A stretch of 64,000 nucleotides of DNA, taken from Nitrospinaceae bacterium (lineage in GTDB: Bacteria; Nitrospinota; Nitrospinia; Nitrospinales; Nitrospinaceae). Position 1 is the stretch's first letter. Each line of letters opens with the position of its first letter. The notes beneath the pieces are model-generated. The model did not search any database. It was not told where the DNA came from and saw nothing but the letters and a program-made list of their open reading frames with translations. The stretch covers positions 1,984,001 through 2,048,000 of the forward strand of contig OZ250172.1 of assembly GCA_965237905.1 (NCBI GenBank). The letters run 5' to 3'. Positions 1-9,548 of the stretch are shown piece by piece. Made by a program: the position numbers and the translations under genes.

Positions 1-245
1 TTTCCTACCGGGGTGATGTATCGATCGGAATCGGTCAATAAATGTGTGGCGACATCCGGGGCGTCGGTTCGCATCGTACGAAATTTCGGCATTTGAAACA
101 AGGTGTTATTTCTGCCGATCCGGGTGGACCAGTGAATGGCGGGTCCGGTAGAAGTGATTTTTACCAGTAACGTGATCAATAAAATTGGAATGAAGAAAAC
201 GGGTAGGAGTAGGATGGCTAAGCAACAATGAACCCAGCGAGGCAT
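1..245 (-). CDS. Undecaprenyl-phosphate sugar transferase (bacterial sugar transferase family), runs off the window start
   Basis: Manual translation from ATG at 245: MPRWVHCCLAILLLPVFFIPILLITLLVKITSTGPAIHWSTRIGRNNTLFQMPKFRTMRTDAPDVATHLL...ITPVG. It has a TM helix plus the GP..RIG..F...KFRTM signature. Not in the ORF track. Confidence 0.88.
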   Translation of the reverse strand, partial: MPRWVHCCLAILLLPVFFIPILLITLLVKITSTGPAIHWSTRIGRNNTLFQMPKFRTMRTDAPDVATHLLTDSDRYITPVG

Positions 246-303
246 GATCTAGACCCTGGAAAAAGTAAATAATTCAAACCGGAGAATATCCATTTTAAGG
301 CAT

Positions 304-1269
304 TTAAATGATATCCGGTAATGATTCACGCAAATGATGGTGGGCCCGAAAGCCCAGTTCCTGTTCAATCTTCTGGGATGAATAACATGCGGAGCCTGCC
401 AGCTTTTCCAGGGTATCGCTGTCAAACATGAACCGCCGGCCCCGCACCCCTCCGATTATATCTCCCACCTTCGCCAATCCGCGAAATACAATTTTCGGAA
501 TCCGCCAACCCGGTATCGGCTTGCCCAACGCCTGGCAAATCCACTCATACAACTCCCGGGTGGAGTAGGGCTGTCCGTCGGTTACGAGATAGGTTTGCCC
601 GATGGCCTCAGACCTTTCCGCCGCCAGGATAGCGGCCTGGACGACATCCTCGACATGCACCATGGACCGCCGGTTGCCAAACTCGGGAATAGGGGGGAAA
701 CGTCCTTTCGCTACTGCTTCAATCATGCGCGGCAAATTACCTTTCGGGGAAGGGCCGTAGACCATACTCAAGCGCAGGACCACTGGTTCGGGAACATAGT
801 TCCCTTCCAATACCAACCGCTCGGCCTCCAGCTTGCTCTTTCCGTAGGGTGTGACTGGCAGGCAGGGTGAGGCTTCATCCAGACACTCGGTACCGCCTTC
901 ATTGATGGCTTTGACGCTGCTGAAGAACACGAAACGGCGAACGCCGGAAGCCTGTGCCGCTTCCAGAACTCGGCGCGTGCCTTCGGTATTGATCCGAAAA
1001 TATTCTTTTTCGTCTTGTTTCGTTTCGCTCAGCGCATGCGCTTTTCCCGCAAGGTGAAAGACCACATCGATATCTGAAGGCATCGAGAAGGTTTCCTGCG
1101 AGGCAAGATCAGCCTGAATACTTTCATCCCATGGGCCCGCTTCCTGCTTCCGGGTCACGGCGATCACTCGCCATCCATGGGAATGCAATGTGTGGCACAG
1201 AGGTCTCCCCAACATACCGGTACTCCCTGTCACCAGAGATATTTTCTTATCCACGATTGGCGTCCACAT
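304..1269 (-). CDS. NAD-dependent epimerase/dehydratase (extended SDR)
   Basis: TGSTGMLG Rossmann motif, FHLAG, SSV and YGKSK catalytic motif. Confidence 0.9.
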   Translation of the reverse strand: MWTPIVDKKISLVTGSTGMLGRPLCHTLHSHGWRVIAVTRKQEAGPWDESIQADLASQETFSMPSDIDVVFHLAGKAHALSETKQDEKEYFRINTEGTRRVLEAAQASGVRRFVFFSSVKAINEGGTECLDEASPCLPVTPYGKSKLEAERLVLEGNYVPEPVVLRLSMVYGPSPKGNLPRMIEAVAKGRFPPIPEFGNRRSMVHVEDVVQAAILAAERSEAIGQTYLVTDGQPYSTRELYEWICQALGKPIPGWRIPKIVFRGLAKVGDIIGGVRGRRFMFDSDTLEKLAGSACYSSQKIEQELGFRAHHHLRESLPDII

Positions 1270-2317
1270 AATGCGAGGATTTTTTCAGAAAAGGCTTTTC
1301 AATAAAATGCCAAAACACATAAGCTGTGATAAATACCAATACACCAGCCACCGCCAAACCAAAATATGGATTGTAACCAAAAGCACCCGCTGAGATCAAA
1401 ACCTGTAGGATGGGGAAATGTGTAATGTAGATTCCATATGAAAAGTCGCCGTATTTCCCAAAGTTTCCGAGCCAGGGGGAAATACAAGCAAAGTAAATGA
1501 CCACAGCGGCCAGAGCCATAGGTTCCACCCATGCGACAGGAATCCAAGGCTTAATGGCGAATACCCCAATAGATGGCAATAACAGCCAAAGCCACCGCTG
1601 TTTGAAAATATCTAAATAATAATAAAGAGCGGCCCCGGAAACAAAAAATGTGAGCTGTCCCGGCAACTGTCGTTGTAATTGAAGATAAATATTAGAACCC
1701 GTTCGCACTCCCCATTCCTCAATCGCTACGGTATAGATAAGCGACAGCATATAGGTTCCCAATAGAACAGGCCATCGTCCCCATTTTCGCATGGCAATGG
1801 CAAACAGAGGGACACATAGATAAAACATCACTTCTATTTTTAAAGTCCACAACGCGCCATCCACTGCGTGAATAGGGTTTTCAGAAAAAAGCCCTGGTAA
1901 TTCATGTTGCAGGAAGTTTAGAAATAGCAAGTTGGCGGTCAAGTATTTCAGCCATTCGGTCGAAAAATATTCATTCCATGAAACATTTGTGAGTAAAACC
2001 CCTGCAAAAGCGCACAGGATAATAATAGAAGCATAGGCTGGATAAATACGCCGTACTCGTTTGGAAAAATAACTGCTGATGCTACCCGAATTTTCATAGC
2101 TCATGAAAATAAGAAATCCGCTAACCACAAAAAATGATTTCACCGCAATATCAGAGGAAAGAATCCATGCAAGCCAAGCCAGATCTTCGCTTTTTGAAAG
2201 GAAGTATCCATGCACGAGAAAAACAATCGCCGCAAATAAAAATCGCAATAGATCGAAGTTGTTGACCCGCAAACTCTGGGCCGCGTTAACCGGGGCGTGA
2301 GCTTGCTTAAATCTCAT
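1247..2317 (-). CDS. Acyltransferase family 3 (OafA-like O-acyltransferase)
   Basis: FDLLR, FFVVSGFLI, RVRRIYP, WTLKIE and GDFSYGIYITH motifs; multi-TM. Confidence 0.9.
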   Translation of the reverse strand: MRFKQAHAPVNAAQSLRVNNFDLLRFLFAAIVFLVHGYFLSKSEDLAWLAWILSSDIAVKSFFVVSGFLIFMSYENSGSISSYFSKRVRRIYPAYASIIILCAFAGVLLTNVSWNEYFSTEWLKYLTANLLFLNFLQHELPGLFSENPIHAVDGALWTLKIEVMFYLCVPLFAIAMRKWGRWPVLLGTYMLSLIYTVAIEEWGVRTGSNIYLQLQRQLPGQLTFFVSGAALYYYLDIFKQRWLWLLLPSIGVFAIKPWIPVAWVEPMALAAVVIYFACISPWLGNFGKYGDFSYGIYITHFPILQVLISAGAFGYNPYFGLAVAGVLVFITAYVFWHFIEKPFLKKSSHYVDANRG

Positions 2318-2405
2318 CCTATTCTCCTGATTAGTGGAGTAAGCGTCCAGTCAAGAATTGGTCCTACGGTGTCAGCACAAGCACGTTTGAACATTCTGAT
2401 GACCT

Positions 2406-3170
2406 CTATTTGGCGATGAGGCCACGTTGCCGCAACTGCTGGTAGACAGGCGATCGGAAAAACCGAAGGAGACTTGCCAGATGCCATTTTAAATAGCGGA
2501 AGTTGTTGTGACTCGCTCGCCGTGCATCATGAACCACAGAGACATTCTGGCAAAGGGCGACGCGATATCCTTTCAGTGTGAGTCTGGCGCATAAATCCAC
2601 ATCTTCATAATACAGGAAATAGTGTGTGTCAAATCCGCCCATTTCTCGAAACACCTCTCTGGGGAATAGCATGAACATTCCCGCTACCCAATCTGGAAAT
2701 GATACATCCTCGTCGGTGGGTTCATGCGTTGCAGAGGTTCGCCCGAATATTTTGCCAACGATTTCAAAGGGTGTAGGAAAACATCTTGAGCTGTCTTCCA
2801 AATCGCCGGCCGAATTGACAACCTGCGGCGCAATCACGCCGATGCCTGGATTATCCAAAAAAGGCAACAGTATCGGATATGGACTCCGGCTGAGACGAAT
2901 ATCCGGATTGAGAACACAGAAAAACTCGCCCTCTGCCTCCGCGAACGCCTTGTTGTGGTTGGCGCCAAAACCCAAAGGGGAGGAATTTTTCAGTACTCTC
3001 AATGGAAAAGGGTAATCCTTCAGCGTGAAGGGAAGATCTTCCGGCACATTAAGGGTCAAAAGAACTTCTATTTTATCGTCACTGCAATAGTGCGCAAGAT
3101 CAGAAACCAAAGAAACTATAAGTTTTGCCTGCAAATGACTGACGATAGATAGGGTTATTTGTGGTCTCAA
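2406..3170 (-). CDS. Glycosyltransferase family 2 (rhamnosyltransferase-like)
   Basis: GFGANHN, LNPD, GGFD..YFLYYEDVDLC motifs. Confidence 0.88.
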   Translation of the reverse strand: MRPQITLSIVSHLQAKLIVSLVSDLAHYCSDDKIEVLLTLNVPEDLPFTLKDYPFPLRVLKNSSPLGFGANHNKAFAEAEGEFFCVLNPDIRLSRSPYPILLPFLDNPGIGVIAPQVVNSAGDLEDSSRCFPTPFEIVGKIFGRTSATHEPTDEDVSFPDWVAGMFMLFPREVFREMGGFDTHYFLYYEDVDLCARLTLKGYRVALCQNVSVVHDARRASHNNFRYLKWHLASLLRFFRSPVYQQLRQRGLIAK

Positions 3171-3265
3171 ATCATTTCCTCGAGATTTTGTTTCTGATCG
3201 GAAAGGACGGAAATCGATACTCCCTATAATGTTTTGTCATCAACAGACGTATTCACTGGTCACAA

Positions 3266-4654
3266 TCACATATGAAGATCATGCTTCTTTTTCCAGTTGC
3301 TGAATATTTCTTCAGTGATACCATGCTTCGCATAAAGTTCCGCTAACGGCATTCCCCGCTCGTAATCTCTGAGCGCTTTGGAAACAGGGTCATCTCTGAA
3401 TGCAGCTCGGAACAATCTCGCCTTGCTGTGAATTCCGTCCATCCTGAGAACCAGATCCTGCTGCACATCAAAATTATACTTTTCTGCCAGTGAATTGATT
3501 TCCATTACATCGTCCGGATAATCAGCCCGATATTTTTTTTGTTCAGTGCGGATCATCAGCAGATTCTCTTCGATATTATCTGAAGTCAGCACACGGCCAA
3601 AGTCCGTTGGCACACTCTTGTCATTGTAATGAAACAGACGCGACAATATCATATTGCCCAAAACGGGATGATAATGAGATGAATCAATATAGTAATGTTT
3701 GCCTTCTTTTGATATATCATCGGTTGTCATCGAATTATAACCACTGAAATCCCATAACGGAGAAGTATGGTTCTCTTCCTGCAGTATTCGAACCAGCTCC
3801 CTCTTCCATTGTTCAAATAAAGGCCAAATGCCCAAAACCCGAATAATCTCCTGATGCCGGGCATGCGGTGGGGATATAAACAATTCAAGATCAATCTGGT
3901 TCTCCCTGCAATAAACTACAAGCTTGCGAAATTCCTCCAGACTGGATGCTCCTGTGTCCAGCCTATTGAATGCATACTTTCTCCTCATGCCAGCAAGGTA
4001 TACAGTTTGAAAATAAAGTTTCTCCATCTTCATAAAGCCTTGACGCAATTTGTCTTTCCTTATCGGACCAAAAAACATCCCATTTTCACCGATCGTAGCT
4101 TTATGTTTTTTTTTGGAAGTGATGGTTTTATAGGACGCCTGCAAAGCATCTTTTGAAAGCAGGGAAGCCACCATGATTTTCATGTCGAAATGCCGATTAA
4201 GACGGCCATCGTCATCGATGATCATGAAATCACCTCGATAATCCGGAACTTGCTGGAAATACACATTAAAGGTAAAAAAATCCAGGCCGAATACTGCCTG
4301 TTTCAAGGGATGAAGTGTCTGAGCGTGCTCAAGAACACGACGTGTAACAAAAGTATTTGCACCTAAAATCGAAAGATTATAACGGGGCTGAAAAGCATCG
4401 GGCCAGGCGTCATTCTCAGGGTCTATTCCAAATCCAGCCCGCGATGTTCCCAGAACGACCACCTCAGGTTCAAACTGCGCGACTTTAAATGATTTATGTA
4501 TCGTCACAGTGGTCATCATTTCGGGTTTCGGCCAGTTGACTCCATCAATTTTCACCAAAGGATACAGGCCATACGGATCAACAACAGCATTGAATAACGG
4601 TAATAAGAGAAGCATCGCAAAAGCGCTGATATATACTTTAAGATATCTACTCAC
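3266..4654 (-). CDS. SGNH-like periplasmic partner of an MBOAT, with a C-terminal IS3 OrfA-like HTH
   Basis: N-terminal TM + DPYG, VVLGTSR block and DSSH (DxxH); directly follows an MBOAT gene; C-terminus resembles a transposase HTH. Confidence 0.65.
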   Translation of the reverse strand: MSRYLKVYISAFAMLLLLPLFNAVVDPYGLYPLVKIDGVNWPKPEMMTTVTIHKSFKVAQFEPEVVVLGTSRAGFGIDPENDAWPDAFQPRYNLSILGANTFVTRRVLEHAQTLHPLKQAVFGLDFFTFNVYFQQVPDYRGDFMIIDDDGRLNRHFDMKIMVASLLSKDALQASYKTITSKKKHKATIGENGMFFGPIRKDKLRQGFMKMEKLYFQTVYLAGMRRKYAFNRLDTGASSLEEFRKLVVYCRENQIDLELFISPPHARHQEIIRVLGIWPLFEQWKRELVRILQEENHTSPLWDFSGYNSMTTDDISKEGKHYYIDSSHYHPVLGNMILSRLFHYNDKSVPTDFGRVLTSDNIEENLLMIRTEQKKYRADYPDDVMEINSLAEKYNFDVQQDLVLRMDGIHSKARLFRAAFRDDPVSKALRDYERGMPLAELYAKHGITEEIFSNWKKKHDLHM

Positions 4655-4661
4655 ATTTCAC

Positions 4662-6158
4662 CTAAAACTGAAAGTAAAGGAATTCACTGACCTGTGTTAG
4701 CCTTAAAATCGAGAAAATCATTAATGCAGAACAAACAATTGCCCACATTGTTGTTGTGCGAAATTGAAGCAAAGCCTTCAACTTCTGTGGAACCCGCCTA
4801 CTTTGCCATTCCTGCTGATCCTCAATATAACCGGTCCACTGTAGCACATTTGGCATCAGCCAAATCAGTGCGGGCAAAGCAATGAACCAGATAAATACTT
4901 GTTGTAACATTCTCCTGGAAAACAGTGTGGACCCCAATATTGAATCATGTTGAAAGCCAAACATTGTAGATAAAATAAGATTAGCTGATTCAAAACTCTC
5001 TGCGCGAAAGTAAACCCAACCGACAACAATCGCCAGAAAAGTGACCCCTCTGGCCAATATTCGTCCCCTCAAAGTACTTTTTTCTAAATCATGGCCCATT
5101 AATCTGCGCATGTGGCGCCAAACATGATTTACGATAAGATAGCCACCATGCAATCCTCCCCAAAAGACAAAAGTCCAACTAGCGCCATGCCACAGACCCC
5201 CCAGCAACATGGTTATCATCAGGTTCGTAAAACGACGAACTTTTCCCTTACGATTACCACCCAGGGGAAAATAAAGATAATCCCGCAAGAATCTTGAAAG
5301 CGTCATGTGCCATCTACGCCAGAAATCAATGATATTGACTGCCTTGTAAGGTGACATGAAATTGATCGGCAAACAAATTCCGAACATCAACGCTATTCCA
5401 ATGGCCATATCGGAATAAGCTGAAAAATCAAAATAAAGCTGAAAGGAATACCCCAGAGCCCCTATCCACGCTTCGATAACAGTAATCGTTTTTTCATCAT
5501 AAGCGGCTTGAAAAACTGGTGTCGAATATCTGGCAACTCCATCTGCAATCAGCACTTTCTTGAAAAGTCCGAGGCTGAAAATAGTCAGCCCCAGTTCCAT
5601 TTTTCCGGAATTAAAGCTGAACGTTTCCGGTTTTGAGAACTGACGCATCATTTCACCATGATGCACAATCGGTCCCGCTATCAACTGGGGAAAGAAGGTT
5701 ACAAAAAGCGCATAATGCAAAAAGCTATGTTCTTCGGTTTTACGCTGATAGGCATCTACAAGATAGGCAATCTGCTGAAATGTGAAGAAAGAAATAGCAA
5801 GAGGAAGAATAATATTGTTCAGATTAAACGATATGCCGGTTAGATCATTTGCAGTATTCACGAAGAAATTTGCGTATTTGTAATACCCCAACAGTGCCAG
5901 GTTAGCCGCAACGCCAATAGCCAGCCAGCCTTTTCTTCCGCTCTTGGCAGACAAAGCCAAACCTATCCCATAATTAAACAGCATGGATAGTAGAATCAGC
6001 CAAATGTATACTGGATTCCACCAGGCATAGAAAAAGAGAGAGGCTAAAACCAACGATACAATGGCTATTTCATGCCCGCAACGTTTGCCAAGAAAATAAA
6101 ATGTGAATAGTGTTACGGGAAGAAATAAAAAAATGAATTCATGCGAATTAAACAGCAT
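4662..6158 (-). CDS. MBOAT family O-acyltransferase (AlgI/PatA-like), copy 1
   Basis: MLFNS start, LPLAISFFTFQQIAYLVD, FFPQLIAGPI, FWRRWHMTLS, GLWHGA, EFLYFQF end. Confidence 0.93.
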   Translation of the reverse strand: MLFNSHEFIFLFLPVTLFTFYFLGKRCGHEIAIVSLVLASLFFYAWWNPVYIWLILLSMLFNYGIGLALSAKSGRKGWLAIGVAANLALLGYYKYANFFVNTANDLTGISFNLNNIILPLAISFFTFQQIAYLVDAYQRKTEEHSFLHYALFVTFFPQLIAGPIVHHGEMMRQFSKPETFSFNSGKMELGLTIFSLGLFKKVLIADGVARYSTPVFQAAYDEKTITVIEAWIGALGYSFQLYFDFSAYSDMAIGIALMFGICLPINFMSPYKAVNIIDFWRRWHMTLSRFLRDYLYFPLGGNRKGKVRRFTNLMITMLLGGLWHGASWTFVFWGGLHGGYLIVNHVWRHMRRLMGHDLEKSTLRGRILARGVTFLAIVVGWVYFRAESFESANLILSTMFGFQHDSILGSTLFSRRMLQQVFIWFIALPALIWLMPNVLQWTGYIEDQQEWQSRRVPQKLKALLQFRTTTMWAIVCSALMIFSILRLTQVSEFLYFQF

Positions 6159-6203
6159 GGTTATTTAATCCTTTATTGATTATTTTTCTCCAGCATCAAT
6201 ATT

Positions 6204-6343
6204 GCGAATATCTGCAAGACAATGGCTGATCATATTACAAGGGGAAGTCGAAGTACGGCGGCCGGACAGTGGATCAGGATAAGCGTTTGAAGGCAATGGA
6301 GCATGAGAACGCCCGTTTGAAGAAGCTCAGGAAATCACCTTAA
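6204..6343 (+). mobile_element. IS3-family transposase OrfA remnant
   Basis: 6230-6343 translates SYYKGKSKYGGRTVDQDKRLKAMEHENARLKKLRKSP*, matching the IS3 OrfA consensus (YY.WK.KYGG...Q.KRLK.LE.EN.RLKKL); the upstream part is out of frame; no OrfB. Confidence 0.75.
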
Positions 6344-6389
6344 TTGCAGAAATCGACTGAGAGCTGTTCATGGACCGGATTCCACAGGT

Positions 6390-7001
6390 TCAAGGCTGGA
6401 GAGGCGCTTCAAATATTCCATACACACAATAAGAGCTTAAAATTTTGCTTAACCCACTGCATTTAATGGGCATATACATCATGTCAACGGTTCTGCAACT
6501 TTGGCTTGCAAATAACTGGATCAATGCATCCTGAGTATAAAATGTTTTGTGATCTGAGTCTGCCCTATAACCCTTTATCCCGGGAACTCCGGCAATGATT
6601 TGTCCCCCAGGCCGCACGACCCTTAAAACTTCATTCATGGCGGGTCCAATTTCATCCTGACTTAAATGTTCGATTACGTTATCCAGAACCACCCCGGAAA
6701 AATAACCATCAGGAAATGGAATTTTATTGTTCTCAATTAAATGAGCGGGCAGACCTTTGGATACACAATAATCCACATTAAATTCATTGATATCCACCCC
6801 TATCGTATTATCACGAAAGGCAAGAAAGTCTCCGATGCCACAGCCAAAATCCAGAACTTTTCCTTCCAGCCTGGAGTTCAATCGAGGATACAACCGGTAA
6901 ACGCGGTATATCCACCCCAACCGAGACCTGCGGTTCAAATAACGAAAATAGGATTCTCTCTCATCATTCACTGTCAAATCCAAATCCGTATCTACAGGCA
7001 T
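6390..7001 (-). CDS. Class I SAM-dependent methyltransferase
   Basis: VLDFGCGIG, GVDIN, VIEHL and RVVRPGG motifs. Confidence 0.88.
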   Translation of the reverse strand: MPVDTDLDLTVNDERESYFRYLNRRSRLGWIYRVYRLYPRLNSRLEGKVLDFGCGIGDFLAFRDNTIGVDINEFNVDYCVSKGLPAHLIENNKIPFPDGYFSGVVLDNVIEHLSQDEIGPAMNEVLRVVRPGGQIIAGVPGIKGYRADSDHKTFYTQDALIQLFASQSCRTVDMMYMPIKCSGLSKILSSYCVYGIFEAPLQP

Positions 7002-7059
7002 TGTGATGTACCTGCAAAACTCTGCGAAGTAAAATGTGAATGCGGGCGAAAATCATCGG

Positions 7060-8235
7060 TTACTCTCTCTTCAAACTCGGTTTGCTTATCACTTTTCTTA
7101 TGGCTTCCAGATAGCCATAGCCATAACGCTCATCAGGTTCAAGATATGTGCTCTCAGCCCATTCGTTCCATGCATTCAGAAAAATCATTTTTTCTTTTTG
7201 TGCGCTGGCAGTGACTTGCTCGGCCAATTGATCAAACCAATATTGAAACCGCTCCGGATTGGCCCCTCTGAAGATAGTGGCCCGTTGCTTATAGCGTGCG
7301 GTATTATCCCAATCAACAAAGGCACCGGAAAATGTTGTCAACTCAGGGTCTGGGCGTTCTTCAAGAATGGTTTTCCACACAGTATCGTATTCGTAAAAAG
7401 TCGACTTTGTCACAAACGAAGCTCGAAGGCTCCGAAGCATTTCCAGAATCGGCTCAGGCAGGCCACGAACCACATGGAACCATCTGGTTTTTCTTTCGGA
7501 CTGACGAAGGATGGATGAATTGATGGCCTCAAAAGGTTGAAATTTGAAAATAGCATCAAAGCCTTTCAAGCAGTCTCTTGAGGGGAATTCGTGCTGTTTC
7601 TGTGCAATAAAATAAACACCCTTTAACCCATGTTCCAGGGCCTTCTCTCTCCAGAAATCCAACATCCTTTCGCTTTCAGGAATGCGGTGGGGTCTGTAAA
7701 TCACAAAGACGGGCTTGCCGTCGATTTTTATTGCGCGCTCATCGATCCAGGCACGAATAAGATAGTCGAAATGTTTCTGCCAACTGGATCGGGTTGGAGG
7801 GTGCTTTTGCTTGATCAGAATATGATGGTTCCGCCCATCCCATCTTTTTGACCAGGTCTCGTTGGCCCATGAAAGGCAAAAGGGGAAATCCAAATCCTTA
7901 TTGTCCAGCATGAGGCCAGTCGGAGTTTCCAGTAATTGCTTGCCATCAAACCAATAATGGTAGTGACAGAACCCATATAAACCATGTTGCTTTGCCAGAT
8001 CAATCTGCCAGCGAAGCGTCTCTACATGTGACTGATCATAATAATTACCGTTGAGGGGTTTCCTGGGCTGATAGTGTCCTTCAAATTGTGGGCCAGCCTT
8101 CTTAACGTTGACCCAGTCCGTAAAACCTTTGCCCCACCATTCGTCGTTTTCCGGAATGGCATGGAATTGCGGAAAATACATGGCGATCAGCTTCAAATCT
8201 GATTTATCACTATTTGTTGAAACGGTTTTAAACAT
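7060..8235 (-). CDS. WbsX-like / GH99-like glycosyltransferase-hydrolase domain protein
   Basis: IAMYFPQFH.IPENDEWWGKGFTDW, WANETW, WDNTAR and NAWNEWAE motifs. Confidence 0.88.
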   Translation of the reverse strand: MFKTVSTNSDKSDLKLIAMYFPQFHAIPENDEWWGKGFTDWVNVKKAGPQFEGHYQPRKPLNGNYYDQSHVETLRWQIDLAKQHGLYGFCHYHYWFDGKQLLETPTGLMLDNKDLDFPFCLSWANETWSKRWDGRNHHILIKQKHPPTRSSWQKHFDYLIRAWIDERAIKIDGKPVFVIYRPHRIPESERMLDFWREKALEHGLKGVYFIAQKQHEFPSRDCLKGFDAIFKFQPFEAINSSILRQSERKTRWFHVVRGLPEPILEMLRSLRASFVTKSTFYEYDTVWKTILEERPDPELTTFSGAFVDWDNTARYKQRATIFRGANPERFQYWFDQLAEQVTASAQKEKMIFLNAWNEWAESTYLEPDERYGYGYLEAIRKVISKPSLKRE

Positions 8236-8322
8236 GCCCCCCCAGGGAATTTTATATGTATTGTAGATACCCGCAATATGAGATTACTCCCACGATTGGG
8301 CGAATGACACCACAACTGGCAT

Positions 8323-9164
8323 TCAACGTATTCCCAGTGAACGAGCAATACCGCGGAGTTTCGCTCGCATTGCTGTAGACAGGAAAGGCCGCAAAGCGGA
8401 CTTCAGTCTTTTACCAACCCCCCTGCGCACATCAACCGGCAGAGTCATAAGGTCAACGCTCTGCCCGGGGCGCTCCCTGGGCCCGGCCTTGATCACCACC
8501 TGATACACCAGTTGATATTGATTGGTTAAAAGCGCCTCACGTATCCTGGATGGAAGCTTCCGCCAGCGATTTGCAAACTCGGTATCCTGCGGTGGAACGA
8601 CCATAAACTGAGCCTCCTCGATTTTCAGCCCCGCGCCTTCAACAAGCGCCTGCATATTCTTAAGCCCGAAAAAGTGGGTATGGGTCCGGTCAAGAAGTCC
8701 CCAGTCACGATAGTCAAAGTCCTCATCCAGCAAGCAAGCGACAACTGCGCTGTGGGCAATATGCGGCAATGAAATAATAATATGTCCACATCATCCGTGA
8801 TCAGGTTTTTCATCGCCTCAAGGGTTGCCCATGGATCATAAAGATGTTCGAGTACATCCGCGGCGAGGACAATTTCAAATTTACCTTCATCAGAGAGCAA
8901 TTCCGGCCAGACGGGGTCGTTCAAATCGACTGAATAGACCTTTTCACAAAACGGCGATAATTTTTTGATGGCCTCTTCGTCAACCTCAAGTGCGGTGACT
9001 GTGCAGTTGCCCGTTTCCTTCAAATGCCGGGTAATAGATCCCGGCCCCGCGCCGATTTCCAGCACACGCTTGCCTTGTCCGATCATGCGCACCACTCTTG
9101 CCGGAGCGGTATCTCCATTCAAATCAACTTCGTATTCGTAATTATGGCGATTTTCTTCTTCCAC
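8323..9164 (-). pseudogene. Class I SAM methyltransferase split by one frameshift near 8786-8790 (pseudogene or sequencing error)
   Basis: ORF 8625-9164 carries VLEIGAGPG and DVLEHL; the second frame continues GHIIISLPHIAH...GLLDRTHTHFF (ORF 8323-8769). Confidence 0.8.
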
Positions 9165-9222
9165 GCTTTACTTTCATTCCAGATAGATACATTTTTAATG
9201 ATAGCTCCTGAGTGGGCAAAGC

Positions 9223-9529
9223 TCACGGGATAGTTTTTCTCCAGTAAACGCCGACACCATCTATTTCTATAAGCTTCGGAGAAAACCCTCTCATGGAACA
9301 AAAATCGTGCACAGCTTTCTTACATCCCTCCACAACATGGTAATCGTCGACGATCACGTAACCACCCACGGAAAGCTTGTCATACAAAGCTTCCAATGGC
9401 TGGATTGTGGATTCATACAGATCTCCATCCAGCCGGAGTAAGGCCAGTTTCTTAATTGGCGCAGAAGGCAAAGTGTCTTTGAACCATCCTTTGATTTTTG
9501 GATACAAGCCGTTCTCTAATTAATTCCAT
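9223..9529 (-). pseudogene. TylF/MycF (macrocin O-methyltransferase family) gene, only the C-terminal part left
   Basis: KGWFKDTLP..LALLRLDGDLYEST...GGYVIVDDY...GVYWRK is the TylF C-terminus; an RBS (GAGGTG) + ATG at 9529 reads MELIRERL in another frame only ~30 nt upstream. Confidence 0.75.
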
Positions 9530-9548
9530 TGCCTGCACCTCACGATCG

